Source of the DNA: a virus
Taxonomy: Duplodnaviria > Caudoviricetes
Length of the DNA: 64,000 bases
Virus record (IMG/VR): IMGVR_UViG_3300031994_000011
Span: 107,959 to 171,958 of that record
Direction: 5' to 3' (one strand)
Positions 29,076 to 39,206 of the stretch are shown here, in pieces; the stretch's first letter is position 1, and every line of letters starts with the position of its first letter. The notes under the pieces were generated by a model. That model had not been told where the DNA came from. It ran no database searches and saw only the letters and a program-made list of their open reading frames with translations. Position numbers and translations under genes: made by a program.

Positions 29076-30857
29076 TTAAGAACCAGCGGTTAAGTCGCCT
29101 TCGTCATCGCCAGCAGTAGCAGCACTAGAAGCAGCACCACCATAACGAATTAGTTTCATCATTTCATCGCCGTCATCACCAGAAGAACGTAAAACCTGAA
29201 GCTGCATTTCAAAAGTAGAAGGATCACCCTCAGCTTCTAGAGTGAAGGTAACTTCAGACTGAACCTTAGCTTTGTTGATTACGAACTGGAAGGCTTCATC
29301 TTTACCAGTCTTTTCAGAACGAATAAAGGTATCGCCAACAACACGATATGTTCCAGGGAAGGTGCTAGGAGAAATGGTTACTTCAACAGCGGCATCATCA
29401 GTAGTAATTAAGTCTTCCCAGAAAATACGAATATGATCGCCAGCAACAGGAGCAACCTCAGAAACACCGGCAGCTGTATTGCTGAAAGTAAGAGTATTTC
29501 CACTAGCAGACATTACAGCAGTAGGAACAGTCGCTGTACTTACTACTTGAGTCCTTGTACCAGCACTTGCACTAGTGGTACCTGCAGTATTACCAAGATT
29601 GATAAAACGAACAGGATGCCCAACCCAAGCTTTGGGTAGAAGGGTTTCTTTGGTAAGATGATCTTTAGGAGCAGGAATCTTACCATCAGAACCAACAACA
29701 ACTTCTTCAGTATATCTTACTAGAACAGCTTCGCCACTCTTAGAACGCTTAATAGCGCCACCAAGCATGAAACGTAGAGACTCTAGAGACATTAGAGCAT
29801 CTTCTAGAGTAATGTTAATTTCTTTACCGTAGTCCCAACTGATTAAACGAGGATTCATTTTATTCCATTTAGTTCGTTAAGCTAAATGCGTTCTCTTATG
29901 AACTGCTTTAATTTTCATTAAAGTTTAGACTATATCTTCATCCGTAATTATACGGAGCCTCCCTTTTCATGACACTTGTCATTACAATTAGTCGTTGAAC
30001 CTTCAAAATATTTCCATTTAAAGCCTCCAGTGGTACGCCGTTTACCTTGACATACTTCACTAATATGTCTATGATTACAGCCAGTTTTTTTCCATGCTTC
30101 ATAAGCAGATGAAAAAACTTCTAACTATTCTTCCTATAATGTCATTTGAACTATAGGACGAGCAATAAATTGCGTACTACTTTTTAATTTTTCAGGTGGT
30201 ATATATTTTATATTTTCCTAATGAGTAACCCATTTTAAATTATTTAACTAATTATTTTGTGGATTACCGTCAATATGATGAACTTCTAGCTATTCTTCAT
30301 TTTCTCTCGGATCAAAAGCATGTAAAATTAAACGATGAACGCCAGTATTTATTACTTTTCCATTATCTGTAATTTTTACTCTTCTATACCCATCTCTGTC
30401 AATATAAGTTTTCATCATATGTATTTTTCTAACCAACCCCGTATCAGAGACTTCATATTCAGAATCAGTATTTATAGCTTTCCATTGCATAATCCTTACT
30501 CCTTTTATAATATTTTGCTTGGCTGCTGATTGCCTATTCTATGTTAAATTATAACATAAATCTTATTCGTTGTCAAACATTCATAGTGCTTCCCCTATTG
30601 TAGTGAATAAGCTTTAAGGTGTTCCAGCAATTAAAGAGGTTTTTTTATGTTGGAGCCATCCATCCCGATTACAGACCCCAACCGCCCTGGGCTGCGGTAT
30701 TTTCAGCAGTAGTTTCAATAGTAGAAACTTTTAGAGTATCTAGGAATAGCACAATGTCTCCAGCATAAACGCCAGCTGCAGCGTCTGCTTCAAGAGCTTC
30801 AAAATATACATTGGCAACCTATTTAATACCATATTTATCAAAAATATTTACAGCCAT
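29076..30857 (-). CDS. Major tail (tube) protein, spliced join(30857..30675, 29855..29076), 320 aa, single TAG at codon 13
   Basis: Exon 1 MAVNIFDKYGIK*VANVYFEAL...AQGGWG joins exon 2 NPRLISWDYGKEI..., restoring GGWGNP. C-terminal FTLEAEGDPSTFEM tube-like motif. Confidence 0.75.
29948..30490 (-). CDS. Intron-encoded HNH homing endonuclease (NUMOD4-like N-terminus, HNH, NUMOD1/IENR1-like C-terminus), 180 aa with 5 in-frame TAG
   Basis: MQWKAI..YEVSDTGLVR, VHRLI...VHHIDGNPQNN*LNNLKWVTH*EN, ISEVCQGKRRTTGGFKWKY. SD AAGGAG; TAA at 29948. Confidence 0.85.
30548..30576 (-). promoter_or_regulatory. sigmaA consensus promoter inside the intron, upstream of the HNH ORF
   Basis: TTGACA-17 bp-TATAAT with extended TG. 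Confidence 0.7.
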
Positions 30858-30878
30858 AATAAAATACCTCCAAATAAA

Positions 30879-31658
30879 TCATGATTTATTAGAATCCACA
30901 ATTGATCGCATCCAATGCTTCAATTGATTCTTTTTCATTTTTGCCCCAGCAAGAGCAGCACGATTATTAATATCAAACTGGTCTCGCCAACCCATACGTC
31001 TGAGCTGATCATGAAAGGCATAGTAAGTTATATTCCATATATTATCCATGTTTAAGCCACAGTTATTTATAGTAATGCTTCCGATGAGGTCAGAAAACTT
31101 TAAGTCGCTCTTCTCCCTCGCGGCTTGTTTAGCCTTCGCCTTACGTACCTTCTACCTATTTTGTTTCATTCTTTCTTTAAGCCGAACTACTTCAGGAGGG
31201 TCATCTTTATTGATGATTATCTACTCCTCATCAACGTCTAGAAAATAGGCACGGCTAATAAGCCGTCGAAGGTCGTAAAATTTTTCCTCTGTTAATATGT
31301 GTTTTTCTTCTATGGGTCCAACTATAATTTGTGCGGGATCTAAAGAAAAATTTACATCCTAATGTATAAAAAATTTAAAAGCCTATTTTAAAGTTTCATT
31401 AGACATTTTATCCATTGCCGTTAACATAAGTAAATACTGAAAATCAGTAACCTAACTTAATATTTTAGCCATCTATGGCTATTTATTCCAATCTGGGATT
31501 GGCTTTGTAGCTGTAATTGCGCCAAGTAATAATTGAAATTTACTATAACCTAAATCCACTATCTAACCCAATGTAGCGGAATAAACAGCACAAATATCGT
31601 CTAATAAAACAGGCGAACCTTTTTGAAACTTTAAAATCATATCATCAGTTAAATTCAT
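30879..31658 (-). CDS. Conserved morphogenesis-region protein, 259 aa; TAG read-through
   Basis: ATG 31658 to TGA 30879 in frame; lies between the neck genes and the tail tube. Confidence 0.6.
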
Positions 31659-32160
31659 TGATTTTATACCTCATAGTATAGCCGCCAATCCAAGGAGAAA
31701 GAGCTAAATTATCTGCTCTATAAAATTGTAAATTACCTATACCGGATAATTTAGCTTGATTAAACATTATATCAATCTATTGCATTATTAAATAAGGTCG
31801 TAATGACCTAGCATTTAATAGCCACTCATCATAAGGACAAGCAATATCAAATCTTACTGTAGAAACCTTAAACTATGGATTGATTTGATTAACGACAAAA
31901 TCATCAAAAATAGCCGTAACATACGACATTTTTTCTGTACTATCATCAAATATTTTAGGAACGATTAAAATTTGTTTATTTATAAGTTCGGCACCATCAA
32001 CATTAGGTTGCTACTTACCATTACACATTTCTTTTAATGGATCTCTTGTTTGATACTTTAATAGCCTACATAATGTTTGATTTGACATTAATTTATCAGC
32101 TATTTTAAAAGTATTATCACCCATTACAGCAAATCTTCTTTGCCCACTTACATCTCCCAT
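31645..32160 (-). CDS. Putative tail terminator/neck protein, 171 aa; TAG read-through
   Basis: In frame ATG to TGA; NP*FK and LRPYLIMQ*ID motifs; synteny. Confidence 0.55.
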
Positions 32161-32176
32161 ATTTTAATCACCCCTT

Positions 32177-33412
32177 TTACCACAATGGAATAATAGAAAT
32201 AACTTTCGTATAAGTATTTCCATTATATTCCGCAATTAATGTTATATCTCCAAGCTAATTTTCATCATTAGCTTGAATTTTACAGGCATGTTTTATCTAT
32301 TCAGTTGATACATTATCTTTAGTCTAAATAGAAACAAATTTTGCTAATGCAGTATTTTCTAATGAGAAAGTAACTATTGAATTTTCATCTATAGCTGGCT
32401 TTCCAACCAATTTATAAATAGCGGTTCTATTCAATCTAATTGAATTATTTCCCTAAATATGTCCAAAAAATTCTTCGGTTGGCGCGCCAACTTTTACTGT
32501 AATAGTATTTTTAATAGATGGAAAATCTTTTAATTGAACTGTAATAGTAGTAGTCCCCTATCTCAATGCCTTTAATTTATCATTCTCGATAGTAATGATA
32601 CTTTTATCATCAGGAATAAACTAATATTCTCCCGAATAAACTTGTCCATTCTTCATTAGTGTAAAAGAAGGAATGACAAACTAGCCAATCTAAAAAACTT
32701 GAGGTTCCTATGAAGTAATTATCTCATAAGAAGCAATATTATTGGTATCTGCTAAATTATTCTATACATCATCATAGATACTATTAATCTTACCCTCTGT
32801 TAGAGAAAGATAAATAATTCCAGGCACACTAGTATGATCATACTACACAACAGTCCAAGATTCTTCTTCGACAATAAAATTTGTAGCTCTATTTATAGGA
32901 TAACGCGGCATTAAAATCTAAGCATATTTGTTTGGTTGTGGTGTAATCAGCGAGTTCCACGTTCTGAAATTTCCTTTAATTTTAGAATCTAAAGAGCTAA
33001 CAAAATAGCTCCAGGATTGTTGAACGTGACCATCACCATCAACCCATTTCATTAGATAATTACATCTTACTATCCAAAAAGTTCTATAAGTCCCATTAAC
33101 TTTTTTTTCTTCTTGGACAAGTATCCATTTCTAAATCTATCCATTATCTAATTTCCAATTCATAATGTCTCCAACATTAATAGGAATCTAATTACTAACA
33201 TTTAGAAACATTATTTTCTAATGCTATTTATCCTTATTAGTTAATATTATTCCATCAAAATATATTCCACGCTACACAGACAAATGACGAACGGTGTGAG
33301 GAGATTCGCTCATCCATTTTATAAATGAACGAATTCCGCCATTACGTATTCTTTCAGCTGTAGTAGTTCCTAAATGATTTATCCTAGAATAATAAGCATC
33401 AAGATAGTTCAT
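32177..33412 (-). CDS. Putative head-closure/neck protein with C-terminal Ig-like region, 411 aa; TAG read-through
   Basis: In frame ATG to TAA; CNYLMKW and DHTSVPGIIYLSLTE motifs; synteny. Confidence 0.55.
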
Positions 33413-33674
33413 CTGGAACAGATAGACTTCCTATCAGATTCATACACTAAAAAATAGTCTTTCTAAAATATTCATAAGATAAATGTTTTAACGAACTTAA
33501 TTTACCTATTAGCGGCCAATAGTTAATACAATTGGCCCCTAATCCCTACAACTAAATGATGATAGAATCTAAAAATTTCTACCATTCTCCGCCCTTCTAC
33601 TTCTCACAAAGAAGGCCGTAAAGTCTTCCTTTCAATTTATTTTTATAGCCATCAAAAGTAACATCAGACGACAT
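33399..33674 (-). CDS. Small conserved neck-region protein, 91 aa with 5 TAG
   Basis: MSSDVTFDGYKNKLKGRLYGLLCEK*KGGEW*KFLDSIII*L*G...YFRKTIF*CMNL; overlaps both neighbours. Confidence 0.6.
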
Positions 33675-34149
33675 TCTTTTTCCCTGCCAATTTTTTAAAT
33701 AATTCAGCGGGTGTCTTATTTCTGGAACGATCATAAATACCCTACGCTTTATGAACCTCTAATGCCACTGCCGCCTCTAATTTATTTAATTTATCTAAAT
33801 GATTTGCTTGTGAGAAGTCTTTGTCTGCGTATAATTGTCTAATATTCTCCCAGCTTGCTATACAACGTTTAATCCACTCATGCTTCATATATAATGATAA
33901 TAATTGAATTTCATCGTTTGTTAAATCGCCAGCAAACTGAAAAGTAGAAACTTCGCTTCCATAAGGGTCTACATTTATAGTCTATTCAACTTCAAGACTA
34001 ACTCTTGGATATTTAAATCTAAAAATCGCGGCCTTTAGAAGCTATTGCCAATCCCGCTCAACAATGGCCATATCTTCTTCAAGAGTCCACTAATCTGCGG
34101 TAATGCGCGCTAAAAAAGCGTCATACACTTTAAAAAAAGATGTTGCCAT
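33664..34149 (-). CDS. Putative head-tail adaptor, 161 aa; TAG read-through
   Basis: MATSFFKVYDAFLARITAD*W...YADKDFSQANHL; located just after the capsid module. Confidence 0.6.
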
Positions 34150-34589
34150 TATTCTTCTTCTTGATGTCTCATATTAATGAGATCAATTACATCACGGCCG
34201 CAATACTTCTTAATTAACTGAACGATCGCGGAATGCGTGATACCTTTTTCCACAGCTAAATCAACAACTGTTTCTTTTTCTGCGGGAGCGGCAGTAGGAA
34301 TAAATTTAGCAAAAGCTGTAATATCTAATTCGTCTAGCATTTTACTAATATCAGCTTTAGAATATGTTGGTAGTTCTACTTCAACCTTTTCATCCTCTTC
34401 AAGACCTTCAACTTTTAGATAATGTCCACTAACAAGAGAATTAAAGCCGGTATCAAAAACTAGATCATTATACATATCTTTTTCAATCACAATAGACCTT
34501 CCGGGTACAAGTTCACGATTAAGTCTAATTTCAGGTACGAATAAAGATACAGTCGCATTGCTAATATTTGTAATAGTTACCTTTTCCAT
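34149..34589 (-). CDS. Conserved head-module protein, 146 aa (no TAG)
   Basis: Intact ORF with GGAGG SD directly after the major capsid gene. Confidence 0.75.
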   Translation of the reverse strand: MEKVTITNISNATVSLFVPEIRLNRELVPGRSIVIEKDMYNDLVFDTGFNSLVSGHYLKVEGLEEDEKVEVELPTYSKADISKMLDELDITAFAKFIPTAAPAEKETVVDLAVEKGITHSAIVQLIKKYCGRDVIDLINMRHQEEE

Positions 34590-34619
34590 AAAAAGTTCCT
34601 CCTTTTATCTCAAAAAAAT

Positions 34620-34649
34620 AAGTGGGGTGGGGCAAGCCCACCCCACTTA
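34620..34649 (-). terminator. Intrinsic terminator after the major capsid gene
   Basis: agtggggtggg...cccaccccact stem plus T-run on the minus strand. Confidence 0.8.
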
Positions 34650-34665
34650 CATAATTATTATATTA

Positions 34666-35730
34666 TTAAGCAGTTAGATTTGCGTTATAAGTAGCCCAAT
34701 TTGTATTAGTACTAAGAGCACTATTATAATAAATTCCCCAGAAATTGAGAGGAGATACAACGGCTAGACCAACCTTGGTATAAGCCTGAATGGTAATAGA
34801 ATTATCGCCCTCGTGGTCATTCCACTCACGGAAATAAGAATTACCTTCAAAGATTAGCTTAATCATCTTTTCCTTGCCAGTAGGAATTACATAAGCAAAG
34901 GCAGGATTCATAACAAGATTTTCATTAGTTTCATCGGTGAAAGACTGAGGCATTACAACAACGGGAACGCCCTGGAATTTTCCGATATAACCGCGCTCAC
35001 GAATATCAATCATATCCTGATCAGAAATCTTAGTGGTATTGTTGTAAACAATAGCATTAACCATTTCAGCAGCAAATTCAGGAGAGCAATAGATAACTGG
35101 GGAACCATAAGCAGCAACAACATTACAAAGTTTCTTCATAGAAGTAGGATTGAAGTTATTAGCAACAACCTTATTCTTAGGAAGCATCTTTTTCCAAGAA
35201 GATAGAAGCATTTCTTGAACTAATTCAAAAATTCTATCAACCATGCCTTCATTGATTACTTCGTAAATATCAGTAATGCTTTCAACGCCATCAAGATAAC
35301 GCTCAAAATCAACATATCCAGCGCCACCAAGAGCGAAAGGATACACATCAAAACGATCCCTATCAAGACGGAAGGTCTCGTAATTACCAGATTCAGTAGC
35401 ACGGGTTACAAACTGCTTACCACGTTGCTTACCACGGGTAACATAAAATTCAGGACGAGAGCCCTGAGGAACACGAACGATTTCAGTGAACATATCTAGA
35501 GCAGAAGTTAAACTCTGAGGAAGAACTTCGTCAAGATTTTGAGAAAGTAGTTCAAATAGATCGATCTTGTTTCTTTCATATTTATAGCGATTAATACGTC
35601 CATTTTCATCGCATAGAAGCTTCTTTAGCTCATCACGTAGAGCAGCTTCATAATCGTAATCGGCGGCTGCGAACTCAGCAGGAACTTTACGACCGAAAAC
35701 GCCATTCATTAAAACTTGTAGACTATTCAT
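34666..35730 (-). CDS. Major capsid protein, 354 aa (no TAG)
   Basis: Intact ORF, start refined to ATG 35730 after GGAGGTG. Size, position after protease/decoration genes, GYIGKFQGVPVVVMPQ motif and following terminator support the call. Confidence 0.8.
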   Translation of the reverse strand: MNSLQVLMNGVFGRKVPAEFAAADYDYEAALRDELKKLLCDENGRINRYKYERNKIDLFELLSQNLDEVLPQSLTSALDMFTEIVRVPQGSRPEFYVTRGKQRGKQFVTRATESGNYETFRLDRDRFDVYPFALGGAGYVDFERYLDGVESITDIYEVINEGMVDRIFELVQEMLLSSWKKMLPKNKVVANNFNPTSMKKLCNVVAAYGSPVIYCSPEFAAEMVNAIVYNNTTKISDQDMIDIRERGYIGKFQGVPVVVMPQSFTDETNENLVMNPAFAYVIPTGKEKMIKLIFEGNSYFREWNDHEGDNSITIQAYTKVGLAVVSPLNFWGIYYNSALSTNTNWATYNANLTA

Positions 35731-35744
35731 AGTTCGCACCTCCA

Positions 35745-36326
35745 TTATACTCTAATCATCTGATACTTAACGCCCTTTTCGCCGTTAGGTACAGTATAAT
35801 ATTTTACTACTTTGCCGTAAGCTACATTAGCAGCAGGAGTAGTTTTAGTTAGCTTTGGAACTGGAGAACCAGCTACTGGAACAACATATACAGCAGTGGT
35901 CGCGCAAGCGGCTAGAGTAGCCTCTAGAGCCTCAGCAGTAGTGAAACCAGTTTCAGAGTCATCATACTGTAAGCAATTAGCAGTTACGGTATCACCAATA
36001 CTAAAAATGCCTACGCGAGGATAATCGCCCGCAACCTTGCGGCCGAAAGTCTTTAGACCATAATGGAAAACATCATATTCTTTCTCAGCGGTATATACAA
36101 TACCAATTGGCTTGTCAGTGGCAGCCCCAGGAGCATCAATAACGCCCTTAGCTTTATCAGCAACAACCCACATACCGTTTTCGCAAACGCCATAATTACC
36201 GTTTCCGCCCTCGACAAATTTCTCGCCAAGGGGAGTCTGAGAAACTACCATGCCAGTCTTTGGGAAAGCTACCTGATTTAGCTCTAGAGTGGCATACTGT
36301 TCAACAGGAAATCTTTTCATAGCCAT
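35745..36326 (-). CDS. Putative capsid decoration/minor head protein, 193 aa (no TAG)
   Basis: Intact ORF immediately upstream of the capsid gene; ELNQVAF, ENGM and YPRVG motifs. Confidence 0.65.
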   Translation of the reverse strand: MAMKRFPVEQYATLELNQVAFPKTGMVVSQTPLGEKFVEGGNGNYGVCENGMWVVADKAKGVIDAPGAATDKPIGIVYTAEKEYDVFHYGLKTFGRKVAGDYPRVGIFSIGDTVTANCLQYDDSETGFTTAEALEATLAACATTAVYVVPVAGSPVPKLTKTTPAANVAYGKVVKYYTVPNGEKGVKYQMIRV

Positions 36327-36340
36327 AGTTTATTCACTCC

Positions 36341-37639
36341 TTAGTTTTTACGATATTTTTTCATGAGTAAAGAAAATTGAGATTCTTCGGGTGTAAGAAC
36401 GGGAACTTGCTTTACTTCAGATTTTTTATTATTAATTTGCCGATGGGCAAAAATAATAGCTAATTTATTTTCTAATTCTTCGTAAGAAAATTCATCAACC
36501 TTTTCTTTAACTGGACTAATTTCTTCTTCAGAGAGAATATTATTATAATCTTCAATTAAACTATTCTTACGATCTTTCTAAGCAACAGCCGCTGCAGCCT
36601 CATAAGACTGTAAGCTGTTCTATAGTTCAGTAATTTTGTTGCGAAGAGATTCTAGTTCTTTATTCGTATCTTGCTAAAATTTTGAAGCATTTTGGATTTG
36701 CTCTTGCGCTTCATTAAATTTAACTTGTAATTCATTATAGGAAGTTTGTAACTCATTATATTGCTGTTGTAGTTTTTCAAATTCAGAAGGAGCAGCTTCT
36801 TCAACAGGAGCGGGCTCTTCAACAGCTTCTTCTACTTGCGCGCCGTCGGCAGAAAATTCAGTTACTTCTTCTTCTTTCTTTTCTTCATTAACTTCAAATT
36901 CTGTTACGGTTTCAGTAGTTTCATTTACTTCGGGAGTTACTTCAGTTTCAACAACTTCCTGATTTTCATTCTCATTCATTGGTTGTTCTCCTCCCTCTTT
37001 GTTTTGTTCAGCTTCTTCTACTTTTGCTTTTAAATCAAACAAGAGTGAAGAAAACTTCTAATATTGATTATCATATTTTTCATCATTTTTAGAGAAAAAA
37101 GATGAAACAGAAAAACATGGTTCATGCTCTCCAATAATACAAAAACCTAACATTTTTGCGGTCGTATAAACAAAGTATTCTTCGTTCTAAATTAAAGTCC
37201 AATCACCCTGAATAGAAGAAGGATCTAATTCCATACTTTGATTTTGTCCCATAATTTTTTGTGCCTATTCATAGTAATCTGTAAAAAGAATTACTGAAAA
37301 CACAGCATATTCACGGGTCACGCCGTCAGTGTCCTAAAAAGGTTCCCACCCAATAAAATTCTCTACATAGCCATACCCTTTGGCTAAGTTAGGACCGCTA
37401 TGACTAGCCCAACTTTTTGTAGAGGGATCGAAGAATCCTACTACTGGAGTGTTGCCTTTTGTAGCGCTTTCAATGAGTTGCTAAGCAACACTCTCAGTAA
37501 TATAAGATCCATTACGATTCGCATATTTGGTAAAAACCCTAACTTTTAAGCGCCCAATGTTAGGTGTTTCTTCTGAAATACCTTGAAATGGAGAAGACAC
37601 AATAACGCTATCAAAATATATTGGAATTTGTTTTTCCAT
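36341..37639 (-). CDS. Prohead protease/scaffold fusion, 432 aa; TAG read-through
   Basis: NRNGSYIT, GQNQSMELDP and GFCIIGEHEPCF motifs, followed by an acidic coiled coil (ORF 36674-37042 is in frame). Confidence 0.75.
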
Positions 37640-37653
37640 TATAATCTCCTCCT

Positions 37654-39201
37654 TTATCCAGCTGATTCTATATTAGTTTGAGTTTTTTCACTTTTCTACT
37701 AATCAGAAAGCTATGGTCGTCCACCTTTATCATCAGATGATTGTTTTGCGACTACTGTTGTTTTTTGTCCCTGGTTACTCTTTTCTTCATCAGCAATAGT
37801 ATTACCAGAAGTAGTATAAGAAGATTGCAAAGGTACCATTTTTAAAGACATTTCAAGGAACTCATTTTCAAAATTCATCAAACTTAATTGATCTCTCTGT
37901 TTCATTCCTAAAGCAACACCAGCGAACATTTTAGAATAACCATATTGCGCACCGCGGAAATAAGAAGATTGTAACTAATCTCTATTAAATACTGTTATAG
38001 GAAGTATCTAAAAATCAAATGATAAATTAGTTCTTGCGAACTTATCATTTATATGAAATTTTATCCAACTTTCATAAATATTTAAATAAGCAGACATTAA
38101 AGTCTAATCTTTCTTTATGGCATAAGCAAGAGAAGAGCTTCCATCTGGATTAAATAAAATTCTACCTCTTCCTAAAGCATCCCATGTATTCGTTTTATAC
38201 TTTTCTATTCTATTTGTCGATTGCGTTGCCGCGCTACTATCCTGTAAACTCTATAAATTTGTTTCTCCAAAAGTAGTTAAAACATCTACGGTATCCTAAT
38301 CTGCTAGCATCTAAGCAACAGAAGCATGTATTTCAGTTACTTCTTCAAGAGGAAAAACAAGCTAACCATCACCATCAACTGGCATTCTTTGAATTAGTAA
38401 TTTCCTTAATTCATTTTCATCTCTTGTTTCTTCTCTTTTAACTGCGTCATCTAATTTTTTTAAAGCAGGTAGACTAGCAATAAGTAAAGGAGTCTGATCA
38501 TTGGTAAAGCTAAAGCTGATTCCGCCACTAGCCGCGGGCAACATAACCCATGGGTCTATTAGTTTATTTCCTTTTTTCTTCCAAGCTTTCCATGCTTTTT
38601 GAATTTCTTCTGGAAAAGAAGCAATTGCTTCTGCTCTTGCTTTTTCATCAGTAATAGTTTCAAAGTATAATATATTAAATTCAAGAATATTTAAGTTATT
38701 AAAATCCTTAAATCTTGTCCGACAATATTGAAGAGGTAAATCTTGAATTGTAACTTTATCGCCATCTGTTCTTAAAATTCCATTATAAATACCATTTTTC
38801 AACCACTATTTAGTAATTCTTGTAAAAGTATTCGGAACATCAAGTTTATCAACAAAATTACAAGCGTTATAGAAAGCTTTGGTTATTTGTGTCTTAGATC
38901 CTTTCCCTTCCTAATATAGTGGAATAACCACAGTATCATAGGTTGGTAAACATGCTAAAAAATCTATATTATTTCTATATAAGCTATTTGTTCTATAATA
39001 ATATCTAGATAATTCTCTTAAAGAATCTAAATCGCCAGAGCGAATAATTTCTTGAATTTCCTATAATGTAAAGTCAGAGTGAACAGGATCTGCTCTATGA
39101 TATCCCCATCTACTATATGCTCCAGGACTAATCGGCGCACGGCTAACCCTCAGACGAGAGCGAAAATTAGCAAAATCGTGTGAGGGTTTCTCTTTACCCA
39201 T
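37654..39201 (-). CDS. Portal protein, 515 aa; TAG read-through
   Basis: ATG 39201 to TAA 37654 in frame, containing ORFs 38362-38802 and 37711-37929. IQDLPLQYCR, PLQSSYT and GGRP motifs; follows terL. Confidence 0.8.
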
Positions 39202-39206
39202 AACAA

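Larger units (their letters stand above)
29856..30674 (-). mobile_element. Group I intron (IA-like, 819 nt) with HNH homing endonuclease ORF
   Basis: 5' exon ends in U and the intron ends in G. Core elements P AATTGCTGGAA, Q AATCAGCAGCCAAG, R GGTTCAACGACTA and S AAGATATAGTCT are present. Removal restores the frame. Confidence 0.9.

Noticed and set aside
29856-29858. ATG at 29858 as the start of the tail tube gene
   Set aside because: Its G is the terminal G of the intron; the true start is 30857.
28138-34149. Contractile tail (myovirus) module
   Set aside because: No sheath or baseplate wedge genes are recognisable; the tube-TMP-Dit-Tal order indicates a siphovirus.
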